Source: an uncultured Candidatus Melainabacteria bacterium
GTDB lineage: Bacteria; Cyanobacteriota; Vampirovibrionia; Gastranaerophilales; Gastranaerophilaceae
Length of the DNA: 64,000 bases
Assembly (NCBI GenBank): GCA_937898445.1
Contig: CALEJY010000250.1
Location: 3,513 to 67,512, forward strand
Reading direction: 5' to 3'
The translations under genes and the position numbers were made by a program. Shown here in pieces: positions 43,082 through 52,418 of this stretch (position 1 is its first letter; every line of letters starts with the position of its first letter). The notes below the pieces were generated by a model that did no database searches, was not told the origin of the DNA, and saw nothing but the letters and a program-made list of their open reading frames with translations.

Positions 43082-44175
43082 CGGTTGTCTTCATATGGGT
43101 TCGCTACTTCCCATACAGTTCTCTTATGAACTTCTCTAGCTTTCACTAGAAGCCGAGACTATATCTTCATCTTGTTTTTTTTAACAAGAGCTTTCCACTT
43201 CCACTCGCTTGAGTGTACTTCCCTGTCGAGAATAGTCGTTGAAGTTTATTCTTGGTTTATTTCTTTAGTTAATATATTTTCAATATTATTAAATTCCCAA
43301 TAAGGAATTCTAACTAATCTAATGTTATTTTTATCGCAATATATATTCTTAATTGTATCTCTTATTTTCGTATCTATAAAACTATTTTGTCCACCAAAAT
43401 ACTCACTAATATAATAATGTTGCCTACCATCATATTCAAGACAACAGTTATAATCAGGCAAGTAAAAATCAAAAGCTAAGGTATTTTTATATTTACAATC
43501 TTTAAACCTATATTGTTCTATATAATTTATATTATTTTTATCTAAATATTCTTTAATTTTTTCTTCGCCTTTAAAAATAGTTTTACATTTTGGACATCTT
43601 CTACCTTCTTTAAAATGATGATAAGACACTTTATGTATATGTCCATTTGGGCATATTGTTTTTAATTTTGTTCCACAATTTTTATAAGACTCTTTATCAG
43701 ATATAACTTGGTATCCTTCTTTTCTAAATTCTGAAACTATATTTTCAAAAGAATATTTAAATCTCGGTTTACATTTAGGACATCTGCAATTACCTCTCCT
43801 AAAAGAATCATAAGACAATGCTTCTGTTATATGCCCATTAGGACATTTAAGTTTCAATTTTTGTTTATTTGATTTATATAAACATAAAACTTCATAACCG
43901 TATTTACTAAAATATTCTTCTATATATTTCTGTGTTAATCTTTTACTCATTTAATCACCTCTCTTCTATTATATCCATTTATATATTGCATTTAACATTA
44001 TTTTAAAATAAACTTTAGAATCTTACCTGCTGATTACCCAATCTTTATTTTTTTTAAACATTCACGCCTATCGTTTCCAATTACGTTGTAGTATTAAAGC
44101 TCTTAGGGTTTCCCAGTCAATTCAAAAAGTTAAATAATACAATCGCTTGTATTACTGGGCGATTAGTTTACATTC
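43082..44175 (-). mobile_element. Group I intron 3 (in tape measure gene), 1094 nt, canonical splice sites
   Basis: P1 GGGT|GA...TCGCCC with U.G pair. P GAATTGACTGGGAA, Q AATCAGCAGG, R CAACGACTA, S ATATAGTCT. Ends ...CAACCG. Splicing gives in-frame QANYAG|NNFAVTS. Confidence 0.92.
43246..43950 (-). CDS. Intron-encoded putative homing endonuclease (two zinc-ribbon repeats plus Vsr/DUF559-like nuclease)
   Basis: CPNGH...RCPKC twice. KGEEKI, AFDFYLPDYNCCLEYDGRQHY, RD.IKN.YC..NNI.L.RIPYW. Confidence 0.82.
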   Translation of the reverse strand: MSKRLTQKYIEEYFSKYGYEVLCLYKSNKQKLKLKCPNGHITEALSYDSFRRGNCRCPKCKPRFKYSFENIVSEFRKEGYQVISDKESYKNCGTKLKTICPNGHIHKVSYHHFKEGRRCPKCKTIFKGEEKIKEYLDKNNINYIEQYRFKDCKYKNTLAFDFYLPDYNCCLEYDGRQHYYISEYFGGQNSFIDTKIRDTIKNIYCDKNNIRLVRIPYWEFNNIENILTKEINQE

Positions 44176-47100
44176 ACCCGCATAATTTGCCTGATCCATA
44201 TAATCTGCTAATTGACTATATGCACTACCTGCACCTTTAACCTTATCAGTCATAGGTTTTAATGATTTAGCAACTCCGCCATATGCAGAAGCTATAGTTT
44301 TAATATATTTATCTGCCGTCTGCTCGTCAATTTCTGCTACGTTAGCATACATATTGACACTCTTAGCATATTGCATAGCATCTTTTACATTATCTATACC
44401 TAATTGGAAGGCAGATGCAGTTGAGTTTATGATGTCTACAGAACTTCTTGCAACTTGTTGTCCTGTTTCATAAGCCATTTCTTTGACTTCTTGTAATTCT
44501 TGTTTTGTACCTGTGAAGCTTGCAGGAGCAACTTTTTCCATATCTCTAAAAGCACTATCTAATTCTACTATTGTATCGTTTATTGCATAGATACCTTTAG
44601 TTATTTGCATACCTAAAATATTACCTAAAGAATAAGTAGATAAAGTAGAATATAAGTTAGAAACGAATTTGCTAGCTGACTTCATAGAAGTACTTATTCC
44701 TGTCGATGCGCTTTTAGCCGCTCTATTTGCGTTTTGGAATCCTTTTTCTAATTTTGAAGCTTCGCTATTAATTCTTCTTAATTGAGCCTCTGCTTCTTTA
44801 AAAGATACTTTTCCTAATCCTTGCAATTCATCTTTCAGTTTTCTTATAGGAGCTACATCTTTACCTATAGATTGGAATTTCTTTTCTAATTCATTTAATC
44901 TTTGTGTAGCTGTTTGAATAGATGTGTCTAAATTAAATCCTTTTATATCAACGTTGGATTTAGATTTTAATTCATCAAATTCCTTTTCTAATTCATTAAG
45001 ACTTGCAACTAATCTTTTTACGTCACTTTCTGCTGCTTCTGAATTTAAATCTATCTTTGTTCCAGATAAAGTTTTAATTCTTTGTATAAGGTTGTCAATA
45101 TTTTGTGTATCTCCGAAAAATTTTGTTTTCTTAAATATTTCGACCTGACTTTGAAGTTGTTGTAATTGGCTCTTTGCTTGAGTCGCTTGATTTCCTAACT
45201 TTTCACTAAAAGTAATATTATTATCTATACTTTTTAATTCCTTATCCAGTCTTTGAATTTCAGAAATTAATAAAGATATTTGTTCGTATGGTTTATCCAT
45301 TTTTAAAATGTCGTCTAAACGGACAGTTTTTAAATAATCAACCATGCTTTTAACTTCTTGTATTCTACCTGTTTGAGATGAAGGTATATTTGTCTTACTC
45401 ATAACATTAGACAATTTAGATTCTAATGAAGTAACACTTTTTTCTATATTTGTAAATTCTTTTGCAAAATTTGTTATCGAAGCTAAATTACCTTCTGGAA
45501 GTTTAACATTCCTCATTAATGAAACTGTAGCTTCTATTCTAGTATCAATTTTTTCTAATTCAGCGCTTAATAATTGATATGATTGTGTATTGATATTTGT
45601 TTTAGATAAAGTTTTTTCTAATGAGTTTTTTTGACCTATTAATTTGTTATATTCTTTTAAGGCATCCGCTTGAGTTTTTATGCCTGTTGTATTTTTAGCT
45701 ATAGAATTTATCTCATTATTTAGCCTCTTTAGCTTACTCTCTGCCTCTTCTAAAGGAACGTTAGCCAAATTACTTAATTCTGTTTTTATCTTTTCTGCAC
45801 TAGAGGTATCTTTACCCATTGATTGGAGTGCTTTAGTTAAAGTATTAATCCTTTCTAAACTAGAATTTACACTTGTAGTAAAATCAAATGATTTTTTTGC
45901 ACTTGTTGAAATCGCACTTAAATCCCTTAATTCACCTTCTACAAGTTGAATTGTTTCAGATAAATTTCTCAAATCTGTTGTTGCAGTTTTTGAATCAATA
46001 TTTATTTTTGCATTTTTTAAATCAGAGTTAAATAAAGCTATAACTTGTTGAAGTCTATTTTGTAAATCTGTTGTGTTTAAAAATCCTTTTACATTTTTTA
46101 ATTTATCTAACTCTTGCCCTAATTGTGCAACTTTCTGATAGGCTGCTTCAACCCTAGTATTAAAATCGCTATTAATTGTTATATCTTTTGCTGTAGTTTT
46201 TACTTTTTGCAAATCGCCTAAAAGAGTTGCCATATGTTCGTGAGAGTTTGATATATTTAAGATATTATCTAATTTAGTACCTTTTATTCTATCAATTTCC
46301 TTCTTTAAAGCCTCTAACTGTTTGATTTGGTCACCAGTTAAATTCTTGTTTTTGAACATATTATCAATGGTTTGAGAAGCTTTTGTAGCTTGATTTTGAA
46401 GAGTTTCAAATGAACTAGCCAAACTTCTAGTTATATCCGGATTAATATTCTTACCTTTTATTGAATCTAATTCTGATGCTACTTTTTTAATATTAGATAA
46501 GTTTTCTTGTAATTTTTTATTTAAAACATCATAAGACTGTGTATTTGTAGTCTTAGACATTTGTTTTTCTAATGAAGCTCTCTCATTCATTAATTTATTA
46601 AAACGAGCCATCGCAGATGTAGCTTTCGGAACTTCTGCTGATACTTCGCTTATTTGTGCTTTAATTTTAGAAAATTCTTCTTGAGCTTGGACAAAAGTTA
46701 ATTTATTTAATCCTTCTAATCTAGCTTTTAAAGAATCTATTTGAGATGTATCTTTCCCTAAACTTGTAAATTTAGTTCTTAATTCTTCTAATTGTTTCAT
46801 TGATGCAGATACATTTATTTTAAAGACATCCATCTTTTTATTTCTTTGCATATCTGTTACCAATTTATTATAATCGCTATCTAATTTTTTTATTTTATCA
46901 TTAAGAGAAACTACATCTGCTTCAGCAGTTTTGCTATTAATTCTTATATTAACGTTGCTTAATTCTTTTGCTCTAGTAAATAATTTATCAATAGCATTAT
47001 TATTTCCGTAACCTTTAGTATATAAAGATTTAATTTTATTTTGAAGAATACTTGCATCTGATTCAGCTTTTCTAATACTTTTTGCCAAAGCATCAGATAG

Positions 47101-47787
47101 TTCAATCTTCCTAAAAGCTTGCGTAAGCTCTGATGCCCTTGTCATAAGTTTAGACATTTCGGCATAAGGTTTATCTGCTTTTAAAATATTTTCAAGATTT
47201 GCAGACGATTTAAAATTATCTAATTGTCTTTGTAAAGTTTTTAGATCAGCCGTTTGCGTACCTGTTAAATTTCTTTTCCCTAAAGCATTTTCTAACGCAG
47301 TACCTAACTCTGTTGCTTTTTTAATAGTAGATTCAAAAGAGCTTGTTAAACTTGCAGTAATATCTGATTTAATAGTTTTTTTGTTTAAAGCATCAATTTT
47401 ACTACCAACCGATTCAATGTCTTTATTCACTTTTGTTAAATCTTTAGATAAAGATTTGTATGCCTGTCCTTTATATGTCTGTTTAGACATTTGTGTTTCT
47501 AATTTATTCTTTTGAGATATTAATTTTTTATATTCAGAAATTAACTCTTTGGCACTCTTTGTTTCATTTTGAAACATTTTAGAATTGCCTTTTGTATTTG
47601 TACCTTTACTTAAACTATTTATTTGTTCTTTAAGTTTTGTTATTTGACTAAGCAAATCCTTGTCATCTATTCCAACCTTAATTTTCTTTGCATTTTTTTC
47701 TAAATCTGCGATAACTTTTGATAATTCAGATGAAGAATCTCCTTTTTGAACGGTTGGAAAGACTTTAATTCTTATATCTTCAGCCAA
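44176..47787 (-). CDS. Tape measure protein, exon 1; spliced product about 3116 aa
   Basis: Coiled-coil repeats, then ELDSAF.DMEKV...YANVAEID TMP core. Joins exon 2 in frame. Confidence 0.9.
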
Positions 47788-47851
47788 TTAAATCCACCAC
47801 CTTTATACGCATAAGAATTACCACTTATACGAAGTGGTAACTTAATTTTTT

Positions 47852-48289
47852 CTATAAAACATTTAATCCTCTAATTCTTAATTTTTCTTTTAATTCTAAT
47901 GGAATCTTTACATCTATTTCGTTTCGGGCATCTTCTTCTATATTTGTCGCAGGATAAAATACAGGATTAGTATCCGAATATCCGGGTGCCCAAACTGTAC
48001 CTTCTTCCCAACGATTTAATGGGAAATAATGGCTACCGTGTTTATTTACCCATTTGCCGTTATCTCTAAAAACCCCATCAATTTCTTTATCTCCAATTTG
48101 TTCATATTCGCAGATATTTTCCATTCCACCAGTTCTATCATACATATTTGGTATTCTTTCTTCATAACCAGTCTCCATCATAAGAGTTTCGTGCATAATT
48201 TTTCTCATTTCTTCTCCTAATGCCGGAAGTTCATCTGTTACAGTTTTTTGTATGTATGCCACGACCTGATCTAAGTTATCAAATACCAT
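47852..48289 (-). CDS. Putative tail completion (HK97 gp10-like) protein
   Basis: Position in tail module. P.MYDRTG motif. Confidence 0.45.
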   Translation of the reverse strand: MVFDNLDQVVAYIQKTVTDELPALGEEMRKIMHETLMMETGYEERIPNMYDRTGGMENICEYEQIGDKEIDGVFRDNGKWVNKHGSHYFPLNRWEEGTVWAPGYSDTNPVFYPATNIEEDARNEIDVKIPLELKEKLRIRGLNVL

Positions 48290-48771
48290 TATTTTTCAAC
48301 CTCCTCCCTACTTTCTTTCATATCTTTTATTTCTTTTTCTAATTCTTTACATTCATTTCCTAGCAATTCTATTTTTTCACTCATTAATAAATTTTTCTTC
48401 AATATTAATCCTTTTTCTATCTCACTTAATTGCTGAGATTGACCCAATAATACTTCTAAATATATTTCATCTAAAATTTCTCTAACTTCATTTAATATAA
48501 GTACCATATCCTTATTAGGATTATTTAATGTATCTATTATATCTTCATCAACTTCTATATTCGTACATACTGGAAATAAAATATTATAAATATCCTCTAC
48601 ATCTTCCGCATCTAATACATTTTTATCTTTTATTATTTCTTGTAAATCCTCTCTAATCTCTTCTCTTTCTTCGTTTAATATATTGTAAACTGTTACTTTT
48701 TCTAATTCACCGTTTATATCAACAACAAATTCTTTTCTTATTTTTTCTAATTTAAAATCACTTATTTTCAT
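48289..48771 (-). CDS. Putative tail assembly chaperone
   Basis: Acidic helical protein between tail tube and TMP. Confidence 0.5.
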   Translation of the reverse strand: MKISDFKLEKIRKEFVVDINGELEKVTVYNILNEEREEIREDLQEIIKDKNVLDAEDVEDIYNILFPVCTNIEVDEDIIDTLNNPNKDMVLILNEVREILDEIYLEVLLGQSQQLSEIEKGLILKKNLLMSEKIELLGNECKELEKEIKDMKESREEVEK

Positions 48772-48799
48772 TTTTTATTTCTCCCTTCTAAAAATAGAT

Positions 48800-48837
48800 A
48801 AAAAAAAATGCGCCAACAGAAATTAATCTGCTGACGC
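48800..48837 (-). terminator. Terminator after tail tube gene
   Basis: Minus strand GCGTCAGCAGA-TTAATT-TCTGTTGGCGC-ATTTTTTTTT. Confidence 0.8.
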
Positions 48838-48846
48838 TATAAATTA

Positions 48847-49157
48847 TTATACAGTTTTTTTGTCTATTTCTAATATTAAGTCTTGGTCATCAACTAATAT
48901 GTCCCAAGTTAAACTAAAGTCTGATATTTCTTGTGCTGATATTGTTAAGTCAGCATTAGGTTGCGCTTTCGCTTTGCTGAATTTTATTGATTTAACTTCT
49001 GTACTACCATCTTCATTAACAACTTCAAATGTACCTTCCATTTTGTAATATTTGCTTGGTATAGTACCTTTAACTTGTATTTTAGTACCAGTTATTTCAC
49101 CACCAAGCATTTGAGCTAAGAAGAAGTCATCTATAACTTGTGCATCCATTTGTAATG
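48847..49157 (-). CDS. Major tail (tube) protein, exon 2
   Basis: LQMDAQVID...KYYKMEG......DG....I.F.KAK.QPN.DLT.SA..IS.F..T.DIL, resembling SPbeta-like tail tube proteins. Followed by a terminator. Confidence 0.75.
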
Positions 49158-49957
49158 CCTAATGTTCACATAGGTTCGTAACGCCTATATCGTTCATCTA
49201 AGAACTGCCTTATCTTTCGATAAGAGAGCAGACTATATCACTTCCCTGATTTTCTTACAGGGATTCCTCCACTTCCATTTAAGGGGTTCTCACCCACTCC
49301 ATTAACTTGAGCCGTACTCCTATTGCCTATTTCAAGGCTACTCACGATATTACTCGCTTTCGGTTAGTCGTTGAAGTTTATACATTTGTTTGTTTAAAAT
49401 TTTATCTATATTATCAAATTCCCAATAAGGAATTGTTATTAATTTAATTTTATTTTCTGTGCAATAATTTTTCTTTTTCAAATCATGTTTTCTTTGTATT
49501 TCAAATTTTTCTTTACCTCCAAAATATTTTACTGGTTCATAATGTTGCACTCCTTGATATTCGATACAGCAATTATAATCGGGCAAATAAAAGTCATAAG
49601 ATAAATTACACCCTCCTTCACCTTTTAATGAAGGATATACTTTTTGTCTTTCATAAATAATTTTATTATTATTTAAATAATTTATTATTTTTTCTTCCGT
49701 CCATTTTGTTCTCATATTATCACCCTTCATATTTAACAAACAAATATATCTTACCTGCTGATTGCCCATTGTCAGATATAATAATTATATCCAAAGCACT
49801 TAGGGTTTAACCATATGCCATCTAATTAATTTTTTCTACTTTCGCAACATTCACGCTTAGGATTTAACCTTACGTTGTAGTTTAATTAGCTTTAGGGGTT
49901 TCCAGCAATTCAAAGGATTTGCTATGCTAATTACTTAACATAGGGAACGTTATTTTA
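49158..49957 (-). mobile_element. Group I intron 4 (in tail tube gene), about 800 nt, anomalous 5' splice site
   Basis: P1 GGAAT-AAAATAAC-GTTCC. P2 CTATGTTAA-GTAA-TTAGCATAG. P GAATTGCTGGAAA, Q AATCAGCAGG, R CAACGACTA, S ATATAGTCT. Ends ...CATTAGG. Frame-restoring boundaries 49957/49158 (canonical U-site would be 49956). Confidence 0.85.
49350..49715 (-). CDS. Intron-encoded Vsr/DUF559-like nuclease lacking zinc-ribbon repeats (possibly truncated)
   Basis: Likely start MRTKW at 49715 (GGGTGAT RBS). YDFYLPDYNCCIEYQGVQHY...D.KK..YC..N.I.LI.IPYW. 3' end overlaps the P7 R element. Confidence 0.7.
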   Translation of the reverse strand: MRTKWTEEKIINYLNNNKIIYERQKVYPSLKGEGGCNLSYDFYLPDYNCCIEYQGVQHYEPVKYFGGKEKFEIQRKHDLKKKNYCTENKIKLITIPYWEFDNIDKILNKQMYKLQRLTESE

Positions 49958-50132
49958 TTCCTTTTCTTTGACCTGCTATAGTTATACATAAATCTCCTCT
50001 TTTGTAAGCTTCGAAGTTTTCTGATTCAGTTGTTATATTAAAACTATTAAGAAAATCTATAGTAGTAGTATCTTCAGGATTAGCTAAATTTGTTAAAGTT
50101 AAGTCGCAAGCACTTTTTATTGCATATCCCAT
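49958..50132 (-). CDS. Major tail (tube) protein, exon 1; spliced product about 161 aa
   Basis: MGYAIKSACDLTL...DFLNSFNITTESE..EA...G...ITIAGQRKG with AAAGGA RBS. Confidence 0.75.
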
Positions 50133-50147
50133 AATCAATCTTCCTTT

Positions 50148-50912
50148 CTATTTTTTTAATTTTGTTATTTTTTGCCAAGATTTTATCTTCTTAGGACTAT
50201 ATTTACCTCCGCTTGCCATTTTCCATTGTTTTTCTTCTGAAACTCTCAATGTTTCAACTGAATAAGCATCTCTTAACCACCATACGGTTGTATTTTTAAT
50301 TTCTTCATAAGAACGTATATTTTGTAAATACATTATTTCTCTAACCATATTTTCGAAAAGTATGCCATCATCATTTTTTCTGCTTTGGAGGTATTTTCTT
50401 CTTTGTTCTTTAAATCTTTCTACAAGTTTTGGGTCTCCTTTAATTTCTCCTTCTTCTTTTGGTTTTTCAAAAAGACACATTTCCAACACAACTTCACAAA
50501 GTACTAGGAAATTATCGTCCGAAATAAATGCTAATGGATTTCCATGTTCTCCTTCTTTTTTCCTAGTTCCTTTTTCATCTATTCTAAGAATAATTTTGTC
50601 TCCGCCATCTTCATCTTTAAAAAACTCCATATCTTCAAGAGAAGTATTATATAATAAGGTTAACCCTTTATAAAAAGAGTTCATTATTAATTTTGATTCA
50701 TTCATTATCTGTAAAAAATAAGAAAAATAAAATTTATTTTTTTTACATAATTCATCATAAGATAATGTTATTCCCATATAATATGGTTTAATAAAATCTA
50801 TAAAATCATAATCATACATAAAATAATCTACTATTGGTTGATTTATATATCCTAATGTATATTTTTTTAAATTTAATGGTTGTCCAGTTACATATTCTTT
50901 AGTAAAGTACAT
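50148..50912 (-). CDS. Conserved tail-module hypothetical protein
   Basis: Position between neck genes and tail tube; no catalytic motif recognised. Confidence 0.45.
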   Translation of the reverse strand: MYFTKEYVTGQPLNLKKYTLGYINQPIVDYFMYDYDFIDFIKPYYMGITLSYDELCKKNKFYFSYFLQIMNESKLIMNSFYKGLTLLYNTSLEDMEFFKDEDGGDKIILRIDEKGTRKKEGEHGNPLAFISDDNFLVLCEVVLEMCLFEKPKEEGEIKGDPKLVERFKEQRRKYLQSRKNDDGILFENMVREIMYLQNIRSYEEIKNTTVWWLRDAYSVETLRVSEEKQWKMASGGKYSPKKIKSWQKITKLKK

Positions 50913-51430
50913 TACATACCTTCAAAATATTCTAGTTTATAAATGGACATATACCCTGTGAATCCATTTGGCATATTATACATCGGATATGTTTGTTCCA
51001 AAGTAGGGAATCCAATCCCTTTTAAGTTTTTATTTGTTTTTAACATTTTTTCTATATCTTTGTAAATTAAAATATCTCTCAAACCATTTAATGTAAATCT
51101 ACAATCATTATGACATATTACTCCAACTTCAAACTTAAACTGCTGTATTTTATAGCTTGGTTGGTAAAATCCTGTATAAGGGAAATCTCTATAAATATTA
51201 ACGAAAACAGAAATATCTGATTCCTTTAATACTTCGGGAACTTTTCTATTTATAAAAACCTTTTTCTCTTTAAGTTTTTTAATTGGATTTTCTATATCTT
51301 CTAAAGAATATATATCATTTTGTTTTTCTTCATTATAATATATCATTTTGTTTATTTTTTTATCTAACATAATCTCATTAGAGAGCTTAATAAGGTATTT
51401 ATTAGGAAATTGCTCAATCATATTAAACAC
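50912..51430 (-). CDS. Putative tail terminator/neck protein
   Basis: Size and synteny in the head-tail joining block. Confidence 0.45.
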   Translation of the reverse strand: MFNMIEQFPNKYLIKLSNEIMLDKKINKMIYYNEEKQNDIYSLEDIENPIKKLKEKKVFINRKVPEVLKESDISVFVNIYRDFPYTGFYQPSYKIQQFKFEVGVICHNDCRFTLNGLRDILIYKDIEKMLKTNKNLKGIGFPTLEQTYPMYNMPNGFTGYMSIYKLEYFEGM

Positions 51431-52418
51431 CCCTTACGGTAATAATAAACATATCTATTGTTTCTTTTGTGTTTTTATCTCTAGCAATAAGCATTATATT
51501 TTCTCCTACAGACTCTATGTTAGATGATTGTTCTATAGTACATTTATTATGTTCTCTTTTTATAATTTCTGTATTTGGATAATGTGCATCTAATATAAAT
51601 TCTACTTCTTTATCTGATTTAACCACATATTCATTTTGTTCTCCTAAATAAATATAATTTAAACCTTGCACATCATCTTTAATATCTTTAGTATCATTTT
51701 TTTCAATATTATAAGCTAGCTTATTATCCCTGTCATCTTCTGAAATCAATACTGTTTGTAATGTTAATGCTTTAATTAAACCATTAGCTCCAGTATATCT
51801 TCCGTTATATTCAAAATCATTAATATGTGTAACTCTAAATATTGAATTTCTAGTAAGCATTATTCTTACACCTTCACCAATTGTTCTAGTCACAGGATTA
51901 GAGCCATAAAAAATATGTCTCTTTGCATCTCCCATACTTAAATATCTAGTATCATTAATCCCATCACTATACATAGTTAAGTTAACTACAGATACAGGTA
52001 TATGATAAATTTCTTTATTGTATAAATAATTAATAATTTGATTACATCTTTTTAACGTAAAATGAATGTATGCATCCATTTCTTTGTGTTCTTTAAAAAT
52101 AAATAACCAATAACAATTATCAAAATAACAATAACAACCTATATCTACATTTGTCCCAACTGGTAAATATATTTCTTTTTCATCTAATGCCGTTTGGTCA
52201 TTATCTGTAATATTATTAACTATTGCCGTAACAGTTTTTGTATTTTCTGTTATGATAGTCTCATCTACATCGGTTACTTGTATATCAATTGCCGTAGGTA
52301 TTCTTTGTAATGATTTTTCAAATGTTTTTCTAGCTGTATATCTTAATTTTTCTTTTTTATTCTTTTGACCACGCAAAGTAAAAATTTTGTATTCTTCTAA
52401 AAAATTACTCAAATCCAT
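51423..52418 (-). CDS. Putative head-closure/neck protein
   Basis: Synteny. G.Y..FDN.YWL...CN motif typical of SPbeta-like neck proteins. Confidence 0.5.
   Translation of the reverse strand: MDLSNFLEEYKIFTLRGQKNKKEKLRYTARKTFEKSLQRIPTAIDIQVTDVDETIITENTKTVTAIVNNITDNDQTALDEKEIYLPVGTNVDIGCYCYFDNCYWLFIFKEHKEMDAYIHFTLKRCNQIINYLYNKEIYHIPVSVVNLTMYSDGINDTRYLSMGDAKRHIFYGSNPVTRTIGEGVRIMLTRNSIFRVTHINDFEYNGRYTGANGLIKALTLQTVLISEDDRDNKLAYNIEKNDTKDIKDDVQGLNYIYLGEQNEYVVKSDKEVEFILDAHYPNTEIIKREHNKCTIEQSSNIESVGENIMLIARDKNTKETIDMFIITVRGV

Noticed and set aside
47818..47840. Hairpin TTACCACTT-ATACG-AAGTGGTAA before the TMP gene as a terminator
   Set aside because: No good U tract on the coding strand; may be a stability or processing stem, so function is not supportable.
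47852..48771. Programmed -1 frameshift in the tail chaperone genes
   Set aside because: The two ORFs abut with a TAATG overlap and their own RBS, and I did not identify a convincing slippery site.
13775..49957. Reading the four interruptions as free-standing endonuclease insertions, inteins, group II introns or IStrons
   Set aside because: In-frame stops exclude inteins. There is no reverse transcriptase, GUGYG start, or TnpA/TnpB. P1, P3, P7 and omega-G elements indicate group I introns.
49150..49975. Alternative in-frame splice of intron 4 using GCA GGT| and AG|GCA
   Set aside because: No guide sequence pairs with GCAGGT nearby, and it would delete the QRKG residues expected in the tube protein.
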